This document shows, one piece after another, positions 39,113 through 51,868 of a DNA stretch of 64,000 nucleotides (position 1 is the first letter of the stretch; each line of letters starts with the position of its first letter). Below the pieces are notes generated by a model. That model was not told the DNA's origin and ran no database searches. It was given only the letters and a program-made list of their open reading frames with translations. Origin of the DNA: Octopus sinensis (lineage: Eukaryota). The position numbers and the translations under genes were made by a program. Where the stretch lies: contig NC_043005.1 of NCBI RefSeq assembly GCF_006345805.1, forward strand, positions 70,556,001 to 70,620,000, read 5' to 3'.

Positions 39113-40354
39113 GTGACTAAAATATTTCTCAGTTAGTCTTAGCCTCATTGAATTTATACACAATATTCTCTTTACAATACATACAATTGGAAAAGTATCA
39201 TTTAAATTAATATTTCTGTCGTATTTTTCATACAAGTTCTACCTTAAAGTTCATCGTTTTCAGTTACACTGATTCTTAGCGATCATTTAGGACTTTTGAC
39301 AATGATCTTACATTGTGAAGAAATCTGCTAGTATATTCCAATGATTTCAAGATTATGCTCCCTTTTTCTGTCATGTTTCTACATTGCCACCGAATGCCGA
39401 ACAATCGGTTGATTACATGTTGCAACGTTAATCCCTTTTGTCACTCCAGCAATCACCGAATCAATGACAAGGCATTCCGTTTGAACTAAGATTTGTGTTC
39501 AATTCATACATCGCAACATTTTTTTTATGTTGTCCTCTGTGTCATCATCAGCCTCCTTATCATTTATAATTTTTTTTTCTTTTATTATCTTGCCGTTTTG
39601 ATTGGATAGAGCATTCAATTCCGCCCTTCTCAGCAACTAGCTTCACTTCATTTTAAAAAAATCTCTTTGCCATTTCTCTCGTAAATCTTTAAGATTGTTA
39701 AAGAGCGACTTTGAAATATTTGTTTCTTCTAAAGCGTCTATCGATTGTATGGCATGATTTCTTCTGTTGATTTCCATGTGAATGTTTAGCTACAATGATG
39801 ACTTAAATGAAGGTCGACGCCCAATTTGATCCCTATATCATTGACTTCCTTTATTATATTTGGTTTGCTTTGACCGATAGATTTCTGTCACTCAATACCA
39901 CTCACCCCTCAACTGAGTAATCTTGTGTTGTAATTTACTCAGTGCCTACACAGCTGCTCGTGCTACGTGTGAGCACCTAGTACACTCAGTAAAGTGGTAT
40001 TTGGCATTTCGTATTTTAATAACTGCATGTTACGGATTAATGAACCGATTTATTTGCAAACATTTCCGTATACAAAAAGGGCTTCCACAACCACAAAGCG
40101 AACAGCAGGGGTTGGGGCAGTCACGTGACTTTCCAGTTCCCGTGGAACCCTCTAACCAATGCCATCCTGGAAAACAGAAGTTAAATGATGATGATGATAC
40201 ACTCACATACACATACACACGTACACACACACGCGCATACACGCGCACACATATACATACATACATACACACACATACATACATACATACATACATACAT
40301 ACATACATACATACATACATACATACATGGATACATACATGCATACGTACATAG

Positions 40355-41195
40355 AACTGAACAATGAAGAGAACAATATCCGAGTACCGGCAGTGATCTG
40401 TCTTCCTGAATACCACCCATACAAACCCAAAACAACCGGAATAACATACCTTAAAGATCTGGGTGGGAAACGATCAGCATGCCAAAAATAGAAGTCAGTA
40501 ATATTGACATGAAACAAAACCTCTCTTGTAATTGCTACATCTCAGCACACTTCGAAGGCTATTCACTTGCAATCCAAGAATAGGAGATTGCTTCCAAATG
40601 CCTAAACAACAAAAGAGATAGTAAGCGCTTGGAGTAATATTTCTGTGGGAGACATCGCATACGTGATTAGCTGCTGCCTAAAAATTTCATCAAGTTACTG
40701 CTTCCTTATGCAACACGACGTTGTCGCAAAAAAATTCAAGATGTCATTCAGAAAAAAAAAAGGAGATTGTCCTGGAATAAATATAGAGAATCACGCAGAT
40801 ATTGAATACGTGCATAAACATCGAATACAAGTGGAACGTTCCATCAAAACCTCTGTCAGGTGTAAACATAATGGATGTTCACGTTTGAGAAAGACAAGAA
40901 AAAAGTAAGCACCGCATAGAGGTTAGCTGTCCAGCTGATGTGAATATCTTCGAAAATCCAAGAAAAAGATGATAACTATGGACTATTTCTTCCAGATATC
41001 CAGCTTCTATTATGAATTCATATTGATACCAATAATAACTGGGGACCTTGGATTTGGGAGTAAATACCTAAGTGACAATCTAGATAAGCTTGGATTTTAG
41101 AAAAAGTAATCAACCAGCTTGCAACTAATAAATGCAATCTGTAAGTGGAACAGTAAAAATATGCAAGACTTTTCTCAAGTTTTCAATGTGACATT
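40355..41195 (+). mobile_element. Second, diverged R4/Dong-clade 3' fragment
   Basis: SAHFEGYSLAIQE..DIAYVISCC..MQHDVVAK..IKTSVRCKHN..VKICKTFLKF; same motif order as 28440-29368. Confidence 0.8.
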
Positions 41196-41377
41196 GCTGT
41201 TTTGTTATCTACATTCCAACAATTGATCTTTATATCTTTGATAGAAACCAGCTCCTTCCTTGGAGGAAGAATTTAGATAATTAAAAACAGAGGAGAACAC
41301 ATTGATATGTACCCTGCTACCTACCAACCTACCTATCTACCTACTTTCCTGCCTTCCTCCCTTCCTACCTACCTACC

Positions 41378-41605
41378 TATTTCTTTACTACCCACAAGGG
41401 GCCAAAGACAGAGAGGACAAATAAGGACAAACAAACGGATTAAGTCGATTATATCGACCCCAGTAACTGGTACTTATTTAATCGACCCCGAAGGGATGAA
41501 AGGCAAAGTCAACCTCGGTGGAATTTGAACTCAGAACGTAGCAGCAGGTGAAATACTGCTAAGCATTTCACCCAGCGTGCTAACGATTCTGCCAGCTCGC
41601 TGCCT
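41378..41605 (-). mobile_element. SINE family B within a (CCTA)n microsatellite
   Basis: Standard body and head; (CCTA)n on both sides. Confidence 0.9.
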
Positions 41606-41820
41606 TTGTTCCTACCTACCTACCTACCTACCTACCTACCTACCTACCTACCTACCTACATACATACATACATACATACATACATACATACATACATACA
41701 TACATACATACATACGTACGTACGTACATACATACATACGTACATACATACATACATGCATACCTACTTACCTACCTACCTATCTACGTGCCTACCTACC
41801 TACCTACATAGCTACCTACC

Positions 41821-41851
<31 letters not shown>

Positions 41852-41879
41852 GCGCGTGCTTACGTATGTACGTGTGTGT

Positions 41880-41913
<34 letters not shown>

Positions 41914-42605
41914 TGTCCAACAATAATTACTGTAACCAGAATCTAACATTTGAGAACTTATAACTCTAATTACTAAGTGCATCCTTGTTCAATACGATAT
42001 ACATCGCATTACATTCAAAAGGTACGAAATTAAAACCAGAAAATTGGAAGCCCAACGAAAGACTGAAATCTATTGTTGTCATTAAGGACACAACATATTA
42101 AAAATAAGAAAGCTATTTTCAATTTTTACTCCATCAATACATTGCTTAAGATGCACTGCAGGAACCAAATTTTGCCATATCTATCTGTTCTCTCGTTCTC
42201 CTTCTTTTTCGTCTGATGTATTCAGTAACTTGTTTGATATCTCAGAGCTTTCCTTCGTCTATAGTTCATTTATATTATTGTTACTTTCACCACAATATGA
42301 GCGTCAAAGAAAATCGCTGAATTGCGTTTTGAATGTTCCTCAATGTTTTTAAGTGAATATTTGCAACAGATTCAGAAGCACTATAGAGAATAATGGTAGT
42401 ACTTGGTTGCGTGTAGTTTAATGGTATTATTGAGTTTTCACGTGAATGTATATGTATTTATATCACTGTACATATGTACATATGTATGCATGTATGCATG
42501 TATATATGCATCTATGCATCTATCTATTTATATGCATACATACACATGTGTGTACGTGTTTGTGTGTGTGTGTGTCTGTGTGTGTGTGTGCGTGCGCACG
42601 GCGTG

Positions 42606-42679
<74 letters not shown>

Positions 42680-42682
<3 letters not shown>

Positions 42683-42850
42683 AGAGCTTAAGAAAAAAAC
42701 AAAAGACGAAGACAGGTGGTGTACAAAACAAACAGATGTATTAGTATAACGCTCAGGAATAGAAAAAGTCTTTTACGTTTCGAGCCTACGCTCTTCTACA
42801 GAAAGGGACACAAAAAAAAACAAGGAGAAAAACAAGGAGAGAAAAAAAAA
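42680..42850 (-). mobile_element. PLE terminal-repeat fragment
   Basis: Aligns with 4546-4740; 3' end abuts (TA)n at 42608-42679. Confidence 0.8.
42770..42805 (-). ncRNA. Minimal hammerhead-ribozyme-like motif, best-preserved copy
   Basis: rc CTTT-CTGTAGA-A-GAGC-GTAG-GCTC-GAAAC-GTA-AAAG. Confidence 0.65.
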
Positions 42851-42868
42851 TATATATATATATACATA

Positions 42869-43081
42869 CAGAGACCGCCAAAATAATGTATACACCCTTC
42901 AGGAAAGGGAAAACCTGCATAAGTATTTAACTTGTATAAGTACCACTATAGATATGAATAGCTCTTTCCATGTTTTATTTAATGGTGATAACACTGAATA
43001 AATTGCAATAATATTGAATTAAAATATTTAGATAGATTTTTCCTTTCTTGAAGTGGGTATACATTTTTTGGGCGTACTCTG
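42869..43081. mobile_element. Tc1/mariner-type MITE (~45-bp TIRs, TA TSD)
   Basis: TA|CAGAGACCGCCAAAATAATGTATACACCCTTCAGGAAAGG versus rc of the right end CAGAGTACGCCCAAAAAATGTATACCCACTTCAAGAAAGG|TA. Confidence 0.85.
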
Positions 43082-43103
43082 TATAAATATATATATATAT
43101 ATG

Positions 43104-43135
<32 letters not shown>

Positions 43136-43138
<3 letters not shown>

Positions 43139-43509
43139 TTGCGTCAGAAATTAATTAGCACTTCTCAAATTTCTACATTAAATAGGTTAAATCAATTAAC
43201 CTATGAGCTGTTCAAAACGTCTTACGCGATGAGAAAACTTAGTATGGTGTGATTTCGGTCCTTGCGAGGCGCTACCTATATCTATTAAACAAAGGAAGAT
43301 TTGTCTGCATCCGCACTCCAATTTGTTGCACTGCTATGTCAACATAATAAGGCTGTAGACTCTCAAACTGCTCTGCAAACAAAGTTACGTCATCGTTCTG
43401 CGCAACAGTGAACTCGCAACAAAGCAATAGTTCGAGATATGGCCACTAGGTGACAGCACATACCTTGAGTGAAGAGCAAATCAAGGGTGCTAATTAATTT
43501 CTGACGGTA

Positions 43510-43512
<3 letters not shown>
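43136..43512. mobile_element. Tc1-type MITE (26-bp TIRs, TA TSD) in (TA)n
   Basis: CACTTGCGTCAGAAATTAATTAGCAC versus rc right end CACTACCGTCAGAAATTAATTAGCAC (24/26), TA on both sides. Confidence 0.9.
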
Positions 43513-43557
<45 letters not shown>

Positions 43558-43720
43558 GTAATAGTATCTATTAAAACTAATATTAATATGAGGAAACAAA
43601 TTTCAGTAAATTCACAGAAATATGGATAAACCGGAGGAAGCTAGGATGGAAGACATTCCTGGAAAGAGCTATCTCTTTACAAAACATCATATATATATGA
43701 GTATATATATATATGTACAT

Positions 43721-43759
<39 letters not shown>

Positions 43760-43920
43760 GGTGTGTGTGTGTATGTACATATATGTATGTGTGTGTGTGT
43801 GTGTACGTTTATATACGTGTGTGTATTGTATGTTGTTACATGAGTATCGGTGTCTATTTTTCATGATTGCAAAGTAACAGACACACACATACACACATTT
43901 ATATATATATATATATATAT

Positions 43921-45120
43921 AGGCAAATCAAAAATAAAAACAAAGTAACAACAGTCAATAGGACAGTGAATGTATTAGGTTTACGCTGAGTTAAAAATGT
44001 GTGTGTTTATATATATTTATATATATGCACAAATGGATTGTTTATTTCTGGCTCATCAATTATGCAAAATATTCCTGCTTTTTTTTATTTCGTATTTGGT
44101 TTTGTCCATCTCGTGGCTTGGTAATCACATCACACTACTAAATTTATCTCTACCACTTTACTTGGCCTATTGGTGTCTTTCGCATAGGCATAGATCTTTC
44201 TATTGCAACCATGGAGGATCTTTTTGGATTTCACGATGCATCGACACCGATAATCTCTACACATTCCTTGATGCCTAAAGCTAAATTTAATCTCACAGGA
44301 CTATTCCTCTTCTTAAGCATCCTCGGAGACGTCCAAACTGATGTCTTATAAATCACCTCTTTCTAACACGCAAACCCACGTCTTATAGCTCTCTGAATCA
44401 AGTATCTCACAGCTTATCTCTGCTATCTATGCTATATCTCATCTCTGCTATCCATGCATCACCTTTTACTCAATCTTCACTCCGAAAGTAGTATCTGTAT
44501 AGATAAATATTCTAATCCTCTTGTCACTCGCCCTCTTGAAATCAATGCAAAAAGACTTTCAATTACATTAATTCAACAATTCATTTTCTCTCTCATCCAA
44601 ATATATAGAGTTCTTCTGGAATTCTGTGAACCTCTGTTCAATAAATAACAACTCTTCGACTATATCTCTTGTTGCACTGAGAACGACTACTACCCCTGAG
44701 TAATCGCTCTTGCTCATTGTATTTCTTAGTTCTAACAATCCTTCAGCCAGTGCAGGCACGGAATCTTTCACAATCCTTCCTCATACGCATCTGACGTTAT
44801 TACTGTCGGAGCGATAGCATTTTGAAGTCTCTAAATTTCTATGCTAATAAGTCTCATCCCTTTATGTACCCGACGTGCAGAGATGAAAATCTTTTGATGT
44901 ATTTCTCATCATCCAACACAACGTGCACCAATCGAGTTGTTGACCTCTGCCTTATCGAAATTAACCATCACTCTTCCACACACTACATAATGCACCCCAC
45001 AACCTCCCGGATCCAATGAAAATTTAAGTCAGCCGTTTGGATGGAGTTCTGCATGTTCTATGCTACCCACGAGAGCACTTACGCTTCATAAACTATCAGA
45101 AATAGGTGTGTAACTGAAAT
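43921..45120 (+). mobile_element. Highly decayed PLE ORF remnant, possibly preceded by an inverted terminal-repeat piece
   Basis: LSISWLGNHITLLNLSL and TTPE*SLL weakly resemble PLE N-terminal motifs; 43960-43990 resembles the ATGTATTAG..TAACGCTCAG terminal repeat. Confidence 0.4.
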
Positions 45121-46876
45121 ACCCCTCTCGGGTATTTCCCTTTACGTGACAAAAATAATCAAAGAACTTCAGCTTCTATCTTGTCAATTGATTCACTTAA
45201 AATTACTCTGCAGCAATGAGACGAAATCCTGGTCTGCAATACTTAGAGAAAATAAATGAAAAAAATTCTTCATGATTGCTCAACCTGCTATAAATAACAT
45301 CCAAATCTACCTCAAGTGTTCTACTCGTAGTTTCTGAAGGATTCATCGGATGATATATTCATGGAAATATTTCGTGCCAAAATAAGTAACAACATGGCAA
45401 AAACTGGAATAAATCCGACCATAAGTTTACTTAATCAGTGCTGACTGAGATAACCAGCAGCAACTGAATGACTCAAGCTTAGTACCCCAACTTGAGCGAG
45501 ACCTTGTTACAAACCACAAGAGTATTCCGCCATGCATCTTAAAAACAGCAAAATCTACTGGCATCCAAGCTAGAATCTTGCCTCTATTTGGGAGATGGCC
45601 TTGCCTAAAGAATTTCTGCTAAGTATCAAGAACAATCCCTTTCCCCACTTATTAAATATAATATTTCTATAAGAAGTACCTACGTAAAGAAAACATTCAC
45701 TTTCATTTCCGTTTTTCATAAACTCAATGCATAAGCTTACAATAGCAACACCTGCCTCTTATAGATTGGGCTTTTTTTTCAGAAGCTGAAAATTGTTCAA
45801 ACACGAACAACTACGGAACCCCAACGAAATTCAGATGAGATGCTATGAATTACTGCGCACCCACATCTAAGATGGCACTATTCTCAACCACACAGACTTC
45901 TGCCATCGTATTCTCAGAAAGGTCTCTTGATTTAGTGGTATGAAATCATTAAAGAAACAATACAATATCTGGCCCACTGATAAGCTATCTCCCCCACTCT
46001 GCTTTTTGTATCTCTACTGCAATGACTAGATATTACTGGTCTGCATTCAAGCATTCTCACTCTTTCACCTTTCTTTCATTCCTGGATTGTGTCCAGCATC
46101 TGAGACTCAACACTAAGCATTCTGCTCCCATCTTTCTTTCCAGAAAATCGCCCTACTGGTATTTTCTACCTGCACATGTCTTTCTTGCAGTGATCGACTT
46201 CGTGCAGTATAAGTCAAACGTTAAAAGTATCGATCACCCCAGTTTTGGAGTGCTTCTGAAGGTCATTCGAACAACCTCCGCCTCCAGGCAATAAACCAAT
46301 AAATAAATTGTCTTCGCCAGACATGTTGGCGGTGTTATCGTAATCCAATCTGTGATAATATTAAATAAGTATCCTGAAATGTTTAAGTGTTTCCATCATC
46401 AGTCTTGCTATTTCAGTCTCTGTCTTTTTACAATAAACAAAATCTAGATATCTTTTTTGGACTGCAAATATGGTATCGTACTTCGTCAAATAACATTCAA
46501 TAAACGTTGTCTACTCAACATTGCTTGAGAGATGTTTCAACAACCTTGACAGAATAATATTTTTCAATCCTTATTTCATTACAAAATATTTCCAAAAAAT
46601 TTGACGCAATTATAGATGAAATTTGTGGCTATTGGCCAGGATTGTTTTAGATTAGAAGTTCAATGTTCTCCAAATAGTTCCCATTTTTAATATGGTTAAT
46701 TCGATGGTTTAACCATCGGAAAGGCAGTCATCATTTTCCAATAAAAATACGACGCTAATTATCCTCACACTTCTCTATTTCTATTCCTTTCTAGTATTCA
46801 TTTCAGCTCATCCTATCATTGATAATAATCCTTGTGTGCTGTACAGCTTTAATCTTCGAGCAATTTGTCAAACAGC

Positions 46877-46877
<1 letters not shown>

Positions 46878-46927
<50 letters not shown>

Positions 46928-47499
46928 TATTATTATTATTGAGTGAGAGAGCAATGCGTACCATCAAAGTGACATTGGAGTAAAATATACGAAGCCCAGT
47001 ATACACATCATGACTACCCGTCTGATAAGGGTACACCAGGCACATGTATCACAACCATGTGTGCGCGACTTGGTGAACAGCACATGACCTTGCAGGTGGG
47101 ACCCAGTTAGAATTTTCTTCTGGTCGAGTAACACATCCCGCTCAAAAGGTCTCTGAATAAGAATTGTATAAGGATGTTGAACGAACCACCCATGTTTCCA
47201 ATGGTAAATTATTCAAACCCCAAAGAATAGGTTTAATATATTCTTTTCTAAATAACTTAATTGCATGACTCTGATGCTCCCCTACTACTTCTGCTCGTGA
47301 TCAGAGATGCATATATAGTCAGCCACTAAGGGACATGCTCAACTGGTTACGGTCAAACAATTAACAGGCAAATCTATGGTATTGAGCAGAATATTTGCTG
47401 TAGCCCAACTTTTATACCAAAACAAAAGAATATACATAACACTTCCAATCAGTTAAGATCAGAAGCCATGAGAGCCACTGCCTGGTACTGCATCAGGGC

Positions 47500-47568
<69 letters not shown>

Positions 47569-47610
47569 CATCATCATCATTATCATTATCATCATTATTA
47601 TTATTATTAA

Positions 47611-47664
<54 letters not shown>

Positions 47665-47699
47665 CATCATCATCATCATTATCATCATCATCATCATTA

Positions 47700-47754
<55 letters not shown>

Positions 47755-47756
47755 CA

Positions 47757-47787
<31 letters not shown>

Positions 47788-47790
47788 TGT
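46878..47790. repeat. ~560-bp non-coding element (46940-47500) flanked by (ATT)n / (ATT,ATC)n tracts
   Basis: Tracts at 46878-46940 and 47500-47790 are directly visible; the interior is complex sequence with no ORF. Confidence 0.6.
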
Positions 47791-48679
47791 TTTTTTCTGT
47801 AGTCCAAACCTTGTTTGGACTAACTGCGGTCTATTGCGAGCCCACTTAAAGAGGGGGAAGTTTACAAAGCAGATCGTTTTCCAGAACTGAATACAAGCCA
47901 TCATTTGTTCTCTCTCTCACTCTTTCGTCTCCAGACATTACGAACAGGTAATTTTATGCAGACTTTTATGTATTTATACAGGTATTTATATCCAAATTTT
48001 TATCACTCCATCCGGAATTAAATTAACCTGACGTATGTAGAAGTGAAACATTATTCTGTCAAGAGATGACAGACATAGGTAGGACTATAGATGTTGCATA
48101 CACACACGCATACACATATACACACATATATATATGTATGTACATTTATATGTGTATATATATATATATATAATATACATGTATATACATATAATATATA
48201 CATATATACATATATATCATGTGTGGGAGGATGCATACATGAGAGGTGCATAGATGCAGTGCCCCTGCGCGGTTAGAGACTAAAGGCTGAAACACATATA
48301 GCAATAGAAGTATCAATATAGACGTTATGTATGTACTTGTGTATATTTTTTATGTATATTCACGCAATCAGACACAAAGAGAGGTGCTTGTATAAATATC
48401 ATATAGAAGTCTTTATAACAAGCAATAGAAATATGTTACTCCTACGCTTACAATAACATACGCTGAACTACAATAACCTCTTATCATCAAAATAATGAAA
48501 AGTAATTTGGAACACAAATGATTAATGACTAATAAGACATTTTGAAAATATTTCTTGACTCGCATTATATGTATCGCTGTTTTCATCTTTTCTTTTTCCT
48601 ATTTATTTTCTTTCTAATTTCTCATTCGTGCCCAAAAATAAGAACAGAAAAAAGCAAAGGTTTAAATTCTGTTAATAAT

Positions 48680-49435
48680 ACATCTTTCTGGAATTATCCC
48701 AAGGCCTAGAATTTAGGGAAGGAGTATAGTCGATTGCATCGCCCCCCCCCCCACAGTACTCAACTGGTACTTGATTTAGCGACCACGAAAAGATGAAAGC
48801 AAAATCCACCTCGGTGAAATTTGAACTCAGAACGTAGCGATGGACGAAATACCTATTTCTTTACTACCCACAAGCGGCTAAACACAGAAGGGATAAACAA
48901 GGACAGACAAACGGATTAAGTGGATTATATCGATCCCAGTGCGTAACTGATACTTATTTAATCGACCCCGAATGGATGAAAGCAAAATCCACCTCGGTGG
49001 AATTTGAACTCAGAACGTAGCGGCAGACGAAATACCTATTTCTATACTACCCACAAGGAGATAAACACAGAGGGGACAAACAAGAACAGACACACGGATT
49101 AAGTCGATTATATCGACCCCAGTGCGTAACGGGTACTTATTTAATCGACCCCGAATGGATGAAAGGCAAAGTTGACCTCGGTGGAATTTGAACTCAGAAC
49201 GTAGCGGCAGGCGAAATGCCTATTTCTTTACTACCTACAAGGGACTAAATACAGTGGGGACAAACAAGGGCAGACAAACGGATTAAGTCGATTACATTGA
49301 CCCCAGTGCGTAGCTAGTACTTATTTAATCGACCCCGAAAGGATGAAAAGCAAAGTCGACCTCGGCGGAATTTGAACTCAGAACGTAACGGCAGACGAAA
49401 TACCGTTAAGCATTTCGCCCGGCACGCTATCAATT
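48680..49435 (-). repeat. SINE family B multimer: one head plus four ~183-bp body units
   Basis: GAACTCAGAACGTA recurs at ~48823, 49007, 49191 and 49375; the last unit ends in the alternative tail. Confidence 0.95.
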
Positions 49436-51239
49436 TTACGCGCGCACACACACGTATACACATGTATGTATGTATGCATGCATGTATGTACGTATGTATG
49501 TATGTATGTATGTATGTATGTATGTATGCGTGTATGTACGTACGTACGTATGTATGCATGTAAGTATGTATGCATGTATGCATGTATGCATGTATGCATG
49601 AATGCACGCATGTATGTAGAATTTTATATTTTTATAGTTGTATTGCTTAAAGACTACAATTAACTGTGATTCACTATGCGATTATAATAGACAATTTTAT
49701 TCTGAGAGTGCTTGAAATACAAAATTAGGCGTGATAGATAACTTCAATAATATGAGTTGAGCCAAGTTTGAGGGAAACTAAGAATGGGAAATTCACTTTT
49801 CACAACAAATGGAGAGGAACACTATTTGACTCCATCGTGTTTCTTTTGCAAATATAAAACACATTTGACTAGACACAGAAACGATGTGTATCTAGTAAAA
49901 TATAGAAACTACATGGATGCTGATCAAAACTATCAACTGTAGGACTGGGAGGAAATATTTCGAAGCTGCTTGCTAAACTTTAAGTAAATATATACACTGA
50001 ATATATTTGAAGAAGGAACACTGTATAGTGTGCGCAAATAAAAATAAAAAAAGCAAATAAACAAGGGAGATAACAATAATAATAGATATGTGTATATATT
50101 CAAAATAGATGTAGTCTGGCTATGTACATCCCTATTATTTTACCCCTGATATTAAACAAACGTTAATATATTCTATGTATACAAGTGAAATTTCATCCAT
50201 ACACACAAACATAAACACACATGCATGCATGCATGCATACATACATACATACATACATACATACATACATACATACATACATACATACATACATACATAC
50301 ATACATGCATGCATACATACGTACGTACATACGAACACACAATAAGACAGAGAATGTGAGACAAAGAAAGAGAGAGAAGCCCACAAATATATTATCAGTC
50401 ATACACATATATTGACATGTATACAAATATACGGAAATATACACATACATACGTGTGTATGTGTATGGGTGTGTATGCGTATATATGTAAGCATGTGCAT
50501 CTCTATGTATCTGTGTTTACGACTTTGCGACACCTACATATCTTATACACCACTATGAATAATGCAGATATCTGGCAAACAGTATGAAGATATTTTATGA
50601 AAACAAAATTTGATAAAATATTGATAGAGAAATTATGAAGTATCAAGTTTATTTTCAGTTTATTTTCTCAGCATGATCTCTATGTTTTATATCCAACAAA
50701 ACCGAAAATTTTAGTGCTTCTACGTAAAAAAATTCTGACATTTTACTTTCTTTTCCTCAATATTTCCAACAAAAAAAAAAAAACAAAGAACATAAAAAAG
50801 AATTATAACAAAATTTGTTGGATTTTATCTTTTTTGTTAAAATCAAAATAATCAATACCAACGTAATAAAAATTGCATGCAGTATTTCTTTTCCAGCATT
50901 TTCAATTCAAAATATATATTTTTTTTATGATTCCATTTTAGATCCATAATCCTGATTTCAGGAAATGTTCAGGTAAGTCTTCTCAGCTATTTATATCGCA
51001 AAATTATCTTTTACTAGCGGAAATTACCTTCTTGGATTTTTCTCATTTCTAGTCTTATAAGGATTTCTAATAATTGGATGCAGAATTGCAGTAAAGGTTG
51101 TGCATATTCTGTTAAATTTGGAAAAAGAAACGAAAGACAAAATCAATTTGTGTTGGCATTTGAACTCCAAGTATAAGAACATCTAACTAAAACGTACAAG
51201 AGACTTAGCTCCTTTGTAATAGCATATCAGAACCTAAAT

Positions 51240-51420
51240 AATAATCCTTTCTTATAGGCACAAGGCCTAAAATATACAGGAAGGAAACTAGTCGATGGCA
51301 TTGATCCCAGTGCTTAACTGGTACTTACTTCATCAACCCCGAAAGGATGAAAGACAAAGTCCACCTCGGTGGCATTTGAACTCAGTATGTAATGCCAGAA
51401 GGAATGCTAAGCATTTTGTC
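51240..51420 (-). mobile_element. SINE family B (alternative tail), partial
   Basis: CAACCCCGAAAGGATGAAAGACAAAGTCCACCTCGGTGGCATTTGAACTCAG. Confidence 0.8.
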
Positions 51421-51469
51421 TGGTTCCTTGCCTTCAGAACATAAATAACAAGAGCAGCAGCAGCAGCAG

Positions 51470-51868
51470 TGGAGGCGCAATGGCCTAGTGGTTAGGGCAG
51501 TGGACTCGCGGTCGGAGGATCGTGGTTTCGATTCCCAGACCGGGCGTTGTGTGTGCTTATTGAGCGAAAACACCTAAAGCTCCACGAGGCTCCACGAGGG
51601 TGGTAGCGACCCCTGTTGTACTCTTTCGCTCCAACTTTCTCTCACTCTTTCTTCCTGTTTCTTGTCCCCGACTTCCTGTGCAACCGCTGAGCCTGGATGC
51701 GCATTCATCCATCCGTCGATGCTCTCGGTGTCGGGGGTGGACCTGCTTTCTCTTCTGCGTGTCTCACGAATAACAAAGGACCACGTTTCGGACTTCTCCC
51801 ACTGCAGACTGAGGCGCGATCTTGCGAACTCTGGGACGAAGACCGCTTCGCTCAACAAACAAACAAAG
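51470..51868 (+). mobile_element. SINE family C, full length with (CAAA)n tail
   Basis: tRNA-like head with A box TGGCCTAGTGG and B box GGTTTCGATTCC; AGCAGCAGCA on both sides (probable TSD). Confidence 0.85.

Noticed and set aside
48680-49435. Regular repeats that could be mistaken for a CRISPR array
   Set aside because: The units are whole SINE bodies with no unique spacers, in a eukaryotic context with no cas genes.
51470-51545. tRNA-like sequences with A and B boxes (also all SINE heads)
   Set aside because: They continue into SINE bodies and tails and lack a proper acceptor stem, so they are not tRNA genes.
51755-51808. Minus-strand CTGCAGT-GGGA-GAAG-TCC-GAAACGTG, hammerhead-like
   Set aside because: Core has several mismatches, the cleavage triplet would be GUG, and no stem I forms.
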